A stretch of DNA of 64,000 nt from an uncultured Erysipelotrichaceae bacterium (GTDB lineage Bacteria; Bacillota_I; Bacilli_A; Erysipelotrichales; Erysipelotrichaceae), in the NCBI GenBank assembly GCA_947036815.1, contig CAMQRS010000001.1:80732-144731 (forward strand), given 5' to 3'. The stretch's first letter is position 1. Each line of letters begins with the position of its first letter. The notes beneath the pieces were generated by a model. That model made no database searches. It saw only the letters and a program-made list of their open reading frames with translations, and was not told the origin of the DNA. The translations under genes were made by a program, and so were the position numbers. This document shows positions 1-9,287 of this stretch, in pieces.

Positions 1-137
1 CTTTCTCTTTTAAGTTGATATCCAAAAAACACAACTAAAAATAAGACTACTATGTATTCATGTACTAAAAAAGCATACATCGCAATATACGAAACCGCTA
101 ATACTCCTAATAAAAATAACACTCTATTTTTATTCAT
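1..137 (-). CDS. probable sensor histidine kinase, N-terminal end only (gene runs off the left edge)
   Basis: ATG at 137-135 overlaps the stop of the upstream response regulator (ATGAATAA). Translation MNKNRVLFLLGVLAVSYIAMYAFLVHEYIVVLFLVVFFGY is hydrophobic. Kinase identity comes from operon context only. Confidence 0.4.
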   Translation of the reverse strand, partial: MNKNRVLFLLGVLAVSYIAMYAFLVHEYIVVLFLVVFFGYQLKRE

Positions 138-801
138 TTATTTCCTCCATTATATATCCTACTCCTCTGCTAGATTTAATTTGAGCCCTACTACCCTTTA
201 GCTTAGACCGAAGCTTAAAGGTATGTACATCAACGATACGTGTATCACCATCATAATCAAATCCCCATAGGTCGTTTAGTATTTTATCCCTAGATAACAC
301 TATATTGTTATTTATCATATAATATTCCAATAATTCAAATTCTTTTTTTGTTAGGTCGAGAGGAAGTTCATTGATGAAAGCAATTCTCCTCTTATCATCT
401 AATGAAATATCTGAAAACACTTTTTTATCGTCTTTACGTTTCACTCTTTTTAAATGAGCATTGATTCTCGCCATTAACTCCTTTGGTGAAAACGGTTTAT
501 TTATATAGTCATCTACACCCGCTTCAAACGATGTTAAGATATCTTCTTCTCCATCTTTTGCCGTCAACATGACAAATATACTATCAATATTATGTTCTCT
601 AAACTTTTTAACTAGCTCTATACCACTATAATAAGGAAGCATCCAATCAATTATCATTAAATCATAGGTATTATGTAATCCTTTTTCAAGTGCTATTTTT
701 CCATCTTCTGCTTCATCAATAAGATACCCTGCTTTACTTAAATCATAGGCTATAATCTTTCTTATATTTTCTTCATCTTCGATTAGTAGAATTTTTCTCA
801 T
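130..801 (-). CDS. OmpR/PhoB-family response regulator (receiver + winged-helix)
   Basis: 223 aa. N-terminal receiver (MRKILLIEDEE, DLMIIDWMLP, LTAKD). C-terminal trans_reg_C-like LT.KEFELLEYY...VDVH...LR.KL...I.S.RGVGY. RBS AAAGGA upstream. Confidence 0.9.
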   Translation of the reverse strand: MRKILLIEDEENIRKIIAYDLSKAGYLIDEAEDGKIALEKGLHNTYDLMIIDWMLPYYSGIELVKKFREHNIDSIFVMLTAKDGEEDILTSFEAGVDDYINKPFSPKELMARINAHLKRVKRKDDKKVFSDISLDDKRRIAFINELPLDLTKKEFELLEYYMINNNIVLSRDKILNDLWGFDYDGDTRIVDVHTFKLRSKLKGSRAQIKSSRGVGYIMEEINE

Positions 802-994
802 GTTTCATCATCCTTTATCCAATATCATTATATATTAAATTTTAAATAAAAACAGTTTCATTTGTTAAAAGTCTGTTAATAAATTCGTACTCTTACTATA
901 AATGCCTTCCAATAACTTCTTACTTAGATTTCTTAAATACATAGTAACACCTACCTATTTATGATAATATATATAGATATAAGGAGTTGATTTA

Positions 995-1414
995 ATGATT
1001 GTAAAAATTGCAAATACGCAAGTTGAATATTTTTCATTGATGCAAGTGCGAGCTTCCGTCTTTATAAAAGAACAATATGTAGATCCTACTCTTGAAATAG
1101 ATGATAGTGATTTATCAGCGATACATTTTATATTATACAAAGATAATCATATCGTTGCTACTTGTCGATTAATTTCCAAGCAAGAGCATCAATTGGGCAG
1201 ATTTGCTGTCTTAAAAAATTACAGAAATATGGGGATAGGCAGCTATTTATTAAACTATGTAGAAGCTTATGCCAAGTTACATAAAATTAAGCACCTTTCG
1301 CTCGGTGCTCAAATAAGTGCTAAGTCATTTTATGAAAAAAACAATTATAAAACCTATGGAAATACCTATGAGGAAGCTAATATTATGCATATTGGAATGG
1401 AGAAGACGTTATGA
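995..1414 (+). CDS. GNAT-family N-acetyltransferase
   Basis: 139 aa. Acetyl-CoA motif-A-like RFAVLKNYRNMGIGSYLL. RBS AAGGAG. Stop overlaps the next gene start (ATGA). Confidence 0.8.
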   Translation: MIVKIANTQVEYFSLMQVRASVFIKEQYVDPTLEIDDSDLSAIHFILYKDNHIVATCRLISKQEHQLGRFAVLKNYRNMGIGSYLLNYVEAYAKLHKIKHLSLGAQISAKSFYEKNNYKTYGNTYEEANIMHIGMEKTL

Positions 1415-2637
1415 AAAAAGATTTAACTAAAGTTAAGCTTCCGCAACGATTCGATATTACCTTACTTCTTCTATTGGTAGTAATTGCAATATGTAGTATT
1501 GTTTCAATATATGCTTCAGAACCATTTCTACCCGCGTATCTTACTGTCAATAGTTTGATATTTAAACAAACATTCTTTTATTGCATCGGTTTTATCGCAA
1601 TCTTCTCAATTATGTATGTTGGTAATGATAACTTAAAAGAATTTGCCATTATTGGTTATAAAATATTATTATTTTTATTAATCTATCTATTTATAGATAA
1701 TACATTAGTTGGCTTATTAGGAAGAAGTAGTAACTTATTACCTTTCGCTCATTCTGTGAATGGTGCAACGTCGTGGTTAAACTTTCCTGTTATTGGTACC
1801 CTACAACCGAGTGAATTTATGAAGGTGGTATTAATTGTTATTTGTGCTTATGAGATTCGTGAACACAATGAAGAAAAAACTGATTATTCATTTAGTAGCG
1901 ATATTGAATTATTTATAAAGATTTTAAAATGGGCACTAGCTCCATTACTACTAATTTTATTACAACCGGATACAGGTATCTTTATTATCATCGGTTTTTC
2001 ATTGGCTATTATGCTTGCTTGCAGTGGTATTCGTAAAGAATGGATAATCTATACAGCCATTACTGTTGGTATTCTAGTTGTCCTATTTCTATATTTATTC
2101 TTCTTTCAGCAAAATTTATTCTCTAGCATATTTGGAGAATCGTATCGTCTCCAAAGAATTTATGGTTGGCTTGCGATGGAAGATGATATTTTAGGAAGTG
2201 GAATGCAGTTATATCAAGCACTATTAGCTATTGGTTCTGCTGGTTTAATGGGACATGGATTACAATCTAGTGTCATTCCTCTAACTGAAGCACACACCGA
2301 TTTCATATTTTCTGTCATTGGTTTAAATTTTGGTTTTATTGGTTGTTTAGGTGTTATCTTATTATGTTTAGCATTAGACTTTAAAATCTTGCAAATTGCT
2401 TTGAGAACCAAAAATCAAACTGAAAAAATAATTCTATGTGGATTTATCGGAATGCTAATCTTCCAGCAAATTCAAAATATTGGTATGGTGATAGGCTTGC
2501 TTCCGATTACCGGTATTACCTTACCTCTGATTTCATATGGAGGAAGTTCTGTACTTTCTTATATGTTAGTATTTGGAATTGTGATGAATGTTTCTTCCAA
2601 AGCTAAAAAGCATTCAGATTATACATACTTTAATTAG
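1411..2637 (+). CDS. SEDS-family peptidoglycan polymerase (FtsW/RodA/SpoVE family)
   Basis: 408 aa polytopic membrane protein. Family hallmarks QPSEFMK, LQPDTG, HTDFIFSVIG, LPITGITLPLISYGGSS. Confidence 0.85.
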   Translation: MKKDLTKVKLPQRFDITLLLLLVVIAICSIVSIYASEPFLPAYLTVNSLIFKQTFFYCIGFIAIFSIMYVGNDNLKEFAIIGYKILLFLLIYLFIDNTLVGLLGRSSNLLPFAHSVNGATSWLNFPVIGTLQPSEFMKVVLIVICAYEIREHNEEKTDYSFSSDIELFIKILKWALAPLLLILLQPDTGIFIIIGFSLAIMLACSGIRKEWIIYTAITVGILVVLFLYLFFFQQNLFSSIFGESYRLQRIYGWLAMEDDILGSGMQLYQALLAIGSAGLMGHGLQSSVIPLTEAHTDFIFSVIGLNFGFIGCLGVILLCLALDFKILQIALRTKNQTEKIILCGFIGMLIFQQIQNIGMVIGLLPITGITLPLISYGGSSVLSYMLVFGIVMNVSSKAKKHSDYTYFN

Positions 2638-2652
2638 AAGCCTATATAAGAG

Positions 2653-2690
2653 AAAAGAGTAACCTATTTATAATTAGGTTACTCTTTTTT
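2653..2690. terminator. bidirectional intrinsic terminator between convergent genes
   Basis: GAGTAACCT / AGGTTACTC stem with a 10-nt loop, A-run on the left and T6 on the right. Confidence 0.75.
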
Positions 2691-2716
2691 GCGTTTACAC
2701 TTATTCTAAATGAGTT

Positions 2717-3493
2717 CTAATATAAGTTTCTTAATCTATCTAAGTAACTATATTTTTTGAAACGAATGAAAGATACACTCTTTTCACTTAACTTACAAGT
2801 GATTACTTTTATGTCGTCTGATTTTATATAAATATGATCAAAGCACACATAAGCTCCTGTGCTGTCATCACATACGAAACTTACTTTTCTATCGCTTTTC
2901 ATGATATATGGATTTCCTAATGAAGAATGTTTCGCATTTTGTATTCCTGCAATTTCACAAAGTTGCATTACCTCTAACCCACTATCAATGACAGCTCCTT
3001 TTAAAGATCTATTATAGGCAGTTGATCCTGCCTGAGTACTTAAACACATTCCATTCCCTTTTACTGTTTCAAAAAATTCTTTATCTATATAAATATCTAA
3101 TATTTGTGTTTTACATATATTTTCAATACGAATTTCATTTAGCGCATAAAATATTTCTTCTCCGTTAATTCTTCCTTCTAATAAACGAGATTCAAATACT
3201 TCATATTCTTTATTCGTTATAATATCATTGATTGCTTCATCTATTTCTTCTTCCGTATAATCTGTAAAAAATCCTAAGGTTCCGGTATGTATTGCTAAAA
3301 ATTTAACATCATTCATTCTATCCTTATACAGATGAACTGCATACAATAAAGTACCATCTCCCCCAATACTAATTACCAAGTTAGGAGTAGTCTTATCATA
3401 TACAAAGTTATTCTCCTCTAACTTTTGTCTGATTTTAGATTCTACATTATGAGACTTCTCATCTTTTTTAGATACAATAGCGAACTTTTGCAT
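2717..3493 (-). CDS. nadK: NAD kinase
   Basis: 258 aa. GGDGTLL motif, NEIRIE, TAYNRSL-like STAYNRSLKG. Confidence 0.9.
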   Translation of the reverse strand: MQKFAIVSKKDEKSHNVESKIRQKLEENNFVYDKTTPNLVISIGGDGTLLYAVHLYKDRMNDVKFLAIHTGTLGFFTDYTEEEIDEAINDIITNKEYEVFESRLLEGRINGEEIFYALNEIRIENICKTQILDIYIDKEFFETVKGNGMCLSTQAGSTAYNRSLKGAVIDSGLEVMQLCEIAGIQNAKHSSLGNPYIMKSDRKVSFVCDDSTGAYVCFDHIYIKSDDIKVITCKLSEKSVSFIRFKKYSYLDRLRNLY

Positions 3494-3547
3494 ATAAACA
3501 CTTCCTTTTCTTCTTTTAATATTGTATCATAAACATCGGTGATAGCA

Positions 3548-4090
3548 ATGAATAAAAATATAGAAGTCGAGCTTAAAATATTATTATGTAAAGAAGAATT
3601 TGAAATGTTAGCGAATTCGTATGGTCCTTTGAATTTTACTACACAAGTGAATGTCTATTATGATACTCCTTGTCATTATTTAAAAAGAAATAATATGGCT
3701 ATGCGAATAAGAACTATCGCTAACATCCATCTTTTCACATTAAAAATAAAGAGTGAAGAAGGTCTCATCGAACATGAATGTGAGTTGATGACTAACAGCA
3801 TTGATGCGCTTGATGATATTCGAGTACAGGAATTAATCAATACGTTACATATTCCTAATTCTTTTAATGTATTAGGTTCCCTTTCAACACGACGTTCAAC
3901 AATAGATACGGAGTTTGCTGAATTATGTTTCGATATAAACGAATACAATTCAGTTAATGATTATGAAATTGAATATGAGTATAAAGTAGATCATGATGGA
4001 ATCCTTGAATTCAATAAAATATTGAATCGTATTGGTAAAGTATATACTAAAAATTCTGCTCCGAAAATAGTACGTGCGTTATGCTACTAA
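3548..4090 (+). CDS. CYTH-domain protein (YjbK-like)
   Basis: N-terminal IEVELK (ExExK) CYTH signature. Sits next to nadK, as yjbK does near ppnK in B. subtilis. I prefer the ATG at 3548 over the GTG at 3539. Confidence 0.7.
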   Translation: MNKNIEVELKILLCKEEFEMLANSYGPLNFTTQVNVYYDTPCHYLKRNNMAMRIRTIANIHLFTLKIKSEEGLIEHECELMTNSIDALDDIRVQELINTLHIPNSFNVLGSLSTRRSTIDTEFAELCFDINEYNSVNDYEIEYEYKVDHDGILEFNKILNRIGKVYTKNSAPKIVRALCY

Positions 4091-4335
4091 TCTATTATTT
4101 TATCATTAATATAATTTCCTTTATTTATTTTTATATAGATAAACGAAGAGCTATTAATCATAAATATCGTATTTCAGAGAAATCATTATATACTTTGATG
4201 TTACTTGGAGGATTTATTGGTAGTTTTACAGCAATGCAACTCTTTTGTCATAAAACTAAGAAAGTATCATTTACTGTGTTACTTATTATTAGTCTTTTGA
4301 TCCATAGTTTCATCGTCATGAAGCTCACAACTTAA
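4081..4335 (+). CDS. small membrane protein, DUF1294-like
   Basis: 84 aa. DKRRAINHKYRISEKSL motif followed by transmembrane helices. Overlaps the CYTH stop by 10 nt. Confidence 0.55.
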   Translation: MLLIYYFIINIISFIYFYIDKRRAINHKYRISEKSLYTLMLLGGFIGSFTAMQLFCHKTKKVSFTVLLIISLLIHSFIVMKLTT

Positions 4336-4366
4336 AGGATACAAACTGAAGCCATTATAATATAGT

Positions 4367-4399
4367 AAAGAGTAAACAATTACGTTTACTCTTTTTTTT
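4367..4399. terminator. bidirectional intrinsic terminator
   Basis: AAAGAGTAAAC / GTTTACTCTTT stem with loop AATTAC and a T8 run that abuts the recR stop. Confidence 0.75.
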
Positions 4400-4988
4400 A
4401 TATTTTACGTCTACCTTCCATCGCTTTAATCAATGTAAGCTCATCTACATAATCCAAATGACCTCCCATTGGTAATCCATAGGCGATTCTAGTAACCTGA
4501 ACAGGTTTCTTTTCTAACAGTTTCGCAATATAAAGAGCTGTAGTTTCCCCTTCTACCGTCGGGTTTGTCGCAATAATAACTTCTTGTGTTAAGTCATTAA
4601 TACGATTTACTAATTTTTCTATATTAATGTCTTCTGGCATAATTCCCTTACTTGTCGAAATGACACCGTTCAATATATGATAAACGCCTTTATATTCTTG
4701 TGTTTTTTCCATTGCGATAACATCTTTAGGACTTTGAACTACACAAATCAAATGTTTGTTTCTTTTTGTATCATTACATATAAAACATAATTCATCATCT
4801 GATAAGTTGGCACAAACCTCACAAGTTCTAATTCCGTCTTTTAAATCAAAAAAGCTTTGAATGAATGTTTCAATTTGTTCATCGCTAAACTGAAGCATTT
4901 CAAAAGCATATCTTTCTGCGCTTTTTAATCCTACTCCAGGCAATAGTCGTAAACACTCTATCAAGTTTTCAAATTTTCTAGGATACAT
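4398..4988 (-). CDS. recR: recombination protein RecR
   Basis: 196 aa. LPGVG helix-hairpin-helix, C4 zinc finger CEVC...CFIC, Toprim region. Confidence 0.95.
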   Translation of the reverse strand: MYPRKFENLIECLRLLPGVGLKSAERYAFEMLQFSDEQIETFIQSFFDLKDGIRTCEVCANLSDDELCFICNDTKRNKHLICVVQSPKDVIAMEKTQEYKGVYHILNGVISTSKGIMPEDINIEKLVNRINDLTQEVIIATNPTVEGETTALYIAKLLEKKPVQVTRIAYGLPMGGHLDYVDELTLIKAMEGRRKI

Positions 4989-4990
4989 GA

Positions 4991-5299
4991 TTAAAACATT
5001 CCTGGCATTTGAATACCACCAGTTGCCTCTTTCATCATTTCTGCTTTGTCTTTATTCATCTTAGTTAATGCGTTATTCACACAAAGAAGCACTAAATCAT
5101 CCAAAATTTCTTTATTTTCTGAATTTAGTAATTCTTTTGATATATTAACTGAAGATACAAGTCCCCTTCCGTTCACAACTACACTGACTTTGTCTTCATT
5201 AACACTTTCTATGTATTCCCTACTTTTTAACTCTTTTTCGATATCCGCTATATTGTCTTGCATTTGTTTAGCTTGTTTCATTAATGCTTGTATATTCAT
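4991..5299 (-). CDS. ybaB: YbaB/EbfC nucleoid-associated protein
   Basis: 102 aa. MNIQALMKQAKQMQ start and PGMF end are typical. Conserved dnaX-ybaB-recR order. Confidence 0.9.
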   Translation of the reverse strand: MNIQALMKQAKQMQDNIADIEKELKSREYIESVNEDKVSVVVNGRGLVSSVNISKELLNSENKEILDDLVLLCVNNALTKMNKDKAEMMKEATGGIQMPGMF

Positions 5300-5300
5300 A

Positions 5301-7121
5301 TTAATCCTCCTTAATTATTATATCCTCAAATAGATTTTTTATTTTAGTTACTTTATCTTCTTCTATATCTTCTTGTATCGTTATCTTTATCGGACTAGGT
5401 AAATCGTTAGCTCTTAGTTTTTCCTTAAATAGATCAATACATTCTTCACTTTCCTGTATTGTTAGAGAAAATATTTTCTTTTGCTTATTAAACAATAATT
5501 TTGTGAATTTAGAAAATTCATTATTTCTGTCTATTTCGTTTATTTCATTTGATCTTATACTACTTGATACACTAATAATTATATATTCATTGGCACTGGC
5601 TATAATAGTGCTGTTTTTTAGTATAATCGCATATTTAGCGAACTCCATATCTAAATAGTATTGATTCAATTGTTTGAATTTATGAATATCATTTTCTTTT
5701 TCTGGTTTATTGGCTCCCACTAACAGTTGAAGGATAAGTTCATTAGTAATTTTATAAGTATTTGAATCCGTAACGACTTCTGGCTTCGTCTCTTTTGGTA
5801 TTTCTACTACTACTTCTAGTGGTTCTTCTATTTGCGTTTCTGTTACTTGTTGCATTGGTGCTTCGATTTGAACTTGGGGAATCACTTCTTCTATAGTTTC
5901 AATAAAATCATCATCGGCTTTAATATACATTGAATTTACAATGATATCCTGTTCTTTTTCTTTTTCATATGTAGGTTCGATCATCGTATTACGAAGAATC
6001 ATTTCTTTGTTTAATTCTTTCTCAATATATAGATCATTATCATTAAACAATTCAACTAATTTTAATAACCCTATTTCTAAATATGAAATCATACTTGTTG
6101 CATGTATATACTTTTCATTCGTATTCATTAATATATCAATCATTTCTAATCGTTTATTCGTTGATGTTCCATCAATTACTTTACATACTTGTTCTGCATC
6201 TAATATGCTTAAGAAGGTATTATCTTTACCATAATCATATATAATGCTTTCTTTAATTATTTCTATGATTGCATTAGTTAATCGTTTAATATTCGCTCCA
6301 GAGCGTTCTATTTTCTCTATTCGTTCCATTAACATAGGCACATTTTTACATTTTACTAAATGAATTAGGTCGCAAATATCTTCGACACTTACAACACCAT
6401 AGATTTCATTAACATCATTTACTTTAATTGTGTCAATTGCATAGGCACGACATTGGTCTAATATGCTTAACGCATCTCTCATTCCACCATCTGCCAACAT
6501 TGCAATATTATCTAATACTTTGTCTTCTACTTTGATTCCTTCTTTATCAATGATAAATTGCATTCTTTTAACAATTTCTTTTTTATTTATCTTATTAAAG
6601 TCAAATCTTTGACATCTTGATATGATTGTTGGAATCACTTTATGTGGTTCTGTTGTTGCTAATATAAATATAACGTGTGCTGGTGGTTCTTCAATCGTTT
6701 TTAAAAGGGCATTAAAGGCTCCAGTAGACATCATATGAACCTCATCAATTATATACACTTTAAATTTCCCTAGGGGTGAGGGTGCGTATTTGACCCTTTC
6801 AATTAGATTCCTAGCTTCTTCTACTCCATTATTACTCGCAGCATCTATTTCAATGATATCTTGATGCGTTGAATCTTGAGCTGCTAAGCAGCTATCGCAG
6901 ATGTTACAAGGTTTACTCTCTTCTGCCATACAATTTATAGCTTTAGCAAATATTTTAGCAGAAGATGTTTTTCCTGTCCCTCTCGGTCCAGTAAACAAAT
7001 AGGCATGTGCTATTTGGTCATTCTTTATTGCGTTTTCTAATGTCTTAACTATATGTTTTTGTCCTGCCATGCCATTAAAATCATCTGGACGATACGTTCT
7101 ATATAATGCTTTATAGCTCAT
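5301..7121 (-). CDS. dnaX: DNA polymerase III subunit gamma/tau
   Basis: 606 aa. YRPDDFNGMAGQ, Walker A GPRGTGKTS, zinc module CNICDSC, DEVHMMS, SRCQRF. Confidence 0.95.
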   Translation of the reverse strand: MSYKALYRTYRPDDFNGMAGQKHIVKTLENAIKNDQIAHAYLFTGPRGTGKTSSAKIFAKAINCMAEESKPCNICDSCLAAQDSTHQDIIEIDAASNNGVEEARNLIERVKYAPSPLGKFKVYIIDEVHMMSTGAFNALLKTIEEPPAHVIFILATTEPHKVIPTIISRCQRFDFNKINKKEIVKRMQFIIDKEGIKVEDKVLDNIAMLADGGMRDALSILDQCRAYAIDTIKVNDVNEIYGVVSVEDICDLIHLVKCKNVPMLMERIEKIERSGANIKRLTNAIIEIIKESIIYDYGKDNTFLSILDAEQVCKVIDGTSTNKRLEMIDILMNTNEKYIHATSMISYLEIGLLKLVELFNDNDLYIEKELNKEMILRNTMIEPTYEKEKEQDIIVNSMYIKADDDFIETIEEVIPQVQIEAPMQQVTETQIEEPLEVVVEIPKETKPEVVTDSNTYKITNELILQLLVGANKPEKENDIHKFKQLNQYYLDMEFAKYAIILKNSTIIASANEYIIISVSSSIRSNEINEIDRNNEFSKFTKLLFNKQKKIFSLTIQESEECIDLFKEKLRANDLPSPIKITIQEDIEEDKVTKIKNLFEDIIIKED

Positions 7122-7195
7122 ACATATACCCCACTTTCTTTTAGTATTATATCATACCTATCACTCTGTTTGTATGTAATATAAAAAAAACAGAA

Positions 7196-7645
7196 TCATT
7201 TTTGATCCCGTTTTTGTTTGAAAAATTTTTTAATTATTTCTGAGCATTCTTCCTTCATAACTCCTGATATGTGAATAGGATAGTGTTGAAATCCTTGTTG
7301 CTCATATAGATTCAAGACGCTGTCTATGCAACCTGTTTTTTCATCGCTTGCTCCATACACTACTTTAGCAATTCTTGATTGCATGATAGCACCAGCACAC
7401 ATAATACATGGTTCTAGTGTCACATAAATATCGCATCCATCTAAATGCCATGTTCCAAGTGTTTTACAAGCATCTTGTATCGCAATGATTTCGGCATGAT
7501 TTATAGATTGATTTAATGTTTCTCTTAAGTTATATCCTCGTCCTACTATGATATTATCTTTTACTATTATCGCTCCCACAGGCACTTCATTGATTTCGTA
7601 CGCTTTGTTTGCTTCGATAATTGCTTCGTTCATGAATTTGTTCAT
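7196..7645 (-). CDS. tadA: tRNA-specific adenosine deaminase
   Basis: HAE...PCIMCAG deaminase motifs. I place the start at MNKFMNEA (ATG 7645, RBS GGAGAC) rather than the longer ORF-track start at 7684, which would run into the SRP RNA. Confidence 0.9.
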   Translation of the reverse strand: MNKFMNEAIIEANKAYEINEVPVGAIIVKDNIIVGRGYNLRETLNQSINHAEIIAIQDACKTLGTWHLDGCDIYVTLEPCIMCAGAIMQSRIAKVVYGASDEKTGCIDSVLNLYEQQGFQHYPIHISGVMKEECSEIIKKFFKQKRDQK

Positions 7646-7669
7646 CGTGAGTCTCCTAGATAAAATAAA

Positions 7670-7750
7670 AACTACCACACACACTAGAGCTTACACATGG
7701 CTGCTTCGTTCCCGACCTGACCAGATTAGTGAGTTAATGTTGTGGTAGCA
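7670..7750 (-). ncRNA. ffs: small (4.5S-type) signal recognition particle RNA
   Basis: The minus strand reads CTGGTCAGGTCGGGAACGAAGCAGCC. This matches the conserved domain IV core of 4.5S RNA (GGUCAGGUCCGGAAGGAAGCAGCC) including the GGAA tetraloop. Terminal helix is CTACCACA...TGTGGTAG, followed by T5. Same neighbourhood as scr next to tadA/dnaX in B. subtilis. Confidence 0.8.
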
Positions 7751-7755
7751 TGATT

Positions 7756-7783
7756 ATTATATCATATTTACAAGTAAATTCAA
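7756..7783 (-). promoter_or_regulatory. sigma-A-type promoter for the SRP RNA
   Basis: Minus strand TTGAAT, 16 nt, TATAAT. It ends about 7 nt before the first base of the terminal helix. Confidence 0.5.
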
Positions 7784-7801
7784 CCTTAAGTTAGCACTAA
7801 A

Positions 7802-7861
7802 ATTGTTTCACGTGAAACAATCTAGCACCATCATTTGTTAATGTTTCACGTGAAACATTAA
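7802..7861. repeat. two perfect palindromes sharing the core TGTTTCACGTGAAACA
   Basis: ATTGTTTCACGTGAAACAAT (7802-7821, 20 bp perfect) and TTAATGTTTCACGTGAAACATTAA (7838-7861, 24 bp perfect). Centres are 38 bp apart. The second overlaps the stop codon of the upstream gene. Confidence 0.9.
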
Positions 7862-9108
7862 TAAATAGTACACGTTGCATTTGTTATCGTTTGTATAATT
7901 GAAGCGATGTCTATTTCGCCTTTTCCTTCTGTTTTAACTATTGAAAGTGGATCGTTTGTTTTGTCGTATACTTTGAAATCGATATACACATCAATCGTTA
8001 CTCCATTATCCGTTGTATTCACAGTAGCTCCCACTCCTGCAATAACGTTATATGAATTAAACTTATCGAACGAAGCATTATATAGTGTTTGTATGTTGGC
8101 AACTGTATTAAACTCATTATTAAAGGTCATCAAGGAATTAAAATGAGCACTTTGCAGTAATTTGTGTTCATCATAATTATAAGTTTCTTTATAATCTAAA
8201 TGATATGCATCATCCTCTAATATTGCCTCGTCATAATCACAAACTACACTTCCACCTATATTTAGATATTGATTTGCTTCTACTACAGTAATTTCTTTTG
8301 TTAGCGTTACATAATTGTAGTTACTATCCACTGCACATATATCCGTCGAATACGTTCCAACTGTAGTATTATCTAAGTTGGTTTTATAAAAGTAAGTGTT
8401 GTTGGCTGTTTTGATTTCTTCAATCTCTGTGCCTGTTTTAATTATTCTGTTATTTATCTTGTTGTGCGCTTCATCCAATTCATTTATTCTTTTTAGATAT
8501 TCGTCTTCTGTCAGTAATTCAAAACTTGGATAAGCAGCTACATCAAACGATGGCATATTCTTCACATCGCTTATTGTACTAAATGGATTAAATGCGGTAT
8601 TGATTCTAATCTCAATCGGTACACTTTCCTCTAACTTCAATTCAAATTGTGGACCTATTGTATCTACCACTCGAATGACTTGTTTTACTTCCTTCTCTTT
8701 ATTGTGGTGAATATAAGTGAAAGACAAATCATATACACCAACTTCTTTAATCTCAATATCAGGATATATTACATTAGCACCCTCTGGTGTAACTTCAAGA
8801 ATAACATCATCATATGAAAATTCTTCTCCGTATTGAATATTTGTTTTTGATTCATTAAAGGTAATCCCATAAGAAGACACCTTTATATAATAAATTGAAA
8901 TTGGAATTAATATTATAATTGAAGCCAACGCTAATAATATTTTTGGATTCTTCAAATAATTAATCATTAATTTAAATTTAACTTGTATCGATTTATTACT
9001 AAGTAAAAATATTTTCACCTTCGAACAGTAATTTATAAATTTTATTTTCGAATTATTTGTCTTTTTTTTAATTTCAGATAAGAAATTTGCTTTGTTTGTA
9101 TTTTTCAT
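7858..9108 (-). CDS. membrane-anchored hypothetical protein with a large extracytoplasmic region (Ig-like repeat-like segments)
   Basis: Long ORF. Lys-rich N-terminus, one transmembrane helix (ILLALASIIILIPISIYYI), then an Asn/Thr/Tyr-rich beta-type sequence. The VGVYDLSFTY...VVDTIGPQF segment resembles Firmicutes surface Ig-like modules. Start could be ATG 9120 or 9108; the latter has GGAGAG upstream. Confidence 0.6.
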   Translation of the reverse strand: MKNTNKANFLSEIKKKTNNSKIKFINYCSKVKIFLLSNKSIQVKFKLMINYLKNPKILLALASIIILIPISIYYIKVSSYGITFNESKTNIQYGEEFSYDDVILEVTPEGANVIYPDIEIKEVGVYDLSFTYIHHNKEKEVKQVIRVVDTIGPQFELKLEESVPIEIRINTAFNPFSTISDVKNMPSFDVAAYPSFELLTEDEYLKRINELDEAHNKINNRIIKTGTEIEEIKTANNTYFYKTNLDNTTVGTYSTDICAVDSNYNYVTLTKEITVVEANQYLNIGGSVVCDYDEAILEDDAYHLDYKETYNYDEHKLLQSAHFNSLMTFNNEFNTVANIQTLYNASFDKFNSYNVIAGVGATVNTTDNGVTIDVYIDFKVYDKTNDPLSIVKTEGKGEIDIASIIQTITNATCTIY

Positions 9109-9120
9109 TTTACTCTCCAT

Positions 9121-9202
9121 AAAAAAACAAGTCCCATTTTAATTGAGTAACACAGATATTCATAAAAGAATATTTCAATTAAAATAAGACGGTTATTTTT
9201 TT
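9121..9202. terminator. long bidirectional hairpin terminator downstream of serS
   Basis: GTCCCATTTTAATTGA (9131-9146) pairs with TCAATTAAAATAAGAC (9175-9190), with an inner ATATTC/GAATAT stem. Flanked by A7 and T8. Confidence 0.7.
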
Positions 9203-9287
9203 TGATAAAAACAGTCTAAAACCCTTTATTTAAGCCTTTAAACTACTTTTATTTACCTTTAAAAATATAGGCGTAAATTATCCTATT

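Noticed and set aside
5046-6234. ORF-track entries 5046-5333 (+) and 5941-6234 (+), antisense to ybaB and dnaX.
   Set aside because: They lie wholly inside well-supported genes on the other strand. The sequences are low-complexity Ser/Leu/Phe/Ile-rich with no RBS. This is typical shadow-ORF behaviour in AT-rich DNA. The same reasoning applies to 955-1140, 2214-2411, 3676-3948, 7548-7748, 7907-8146, 9445-9729, 10261-10446, 11253-11522, 17427-17774, 20037-20306, 23167-23403, 23907-24143, 26874-27059, 27165-27596, 28523-28756, 29051-29344, 30124-30372, 31331-31513, 37114-37551, 39253-39816, 42733-42963, 44056-44565, 45788-46036, 47824-48042, 49401-49583, 51726-51929, 52720-52950, 53987-54371, 54549-55565, 55823-56011, 58265-58483, 58609-59050, 60137-60364 and 60665-60874.
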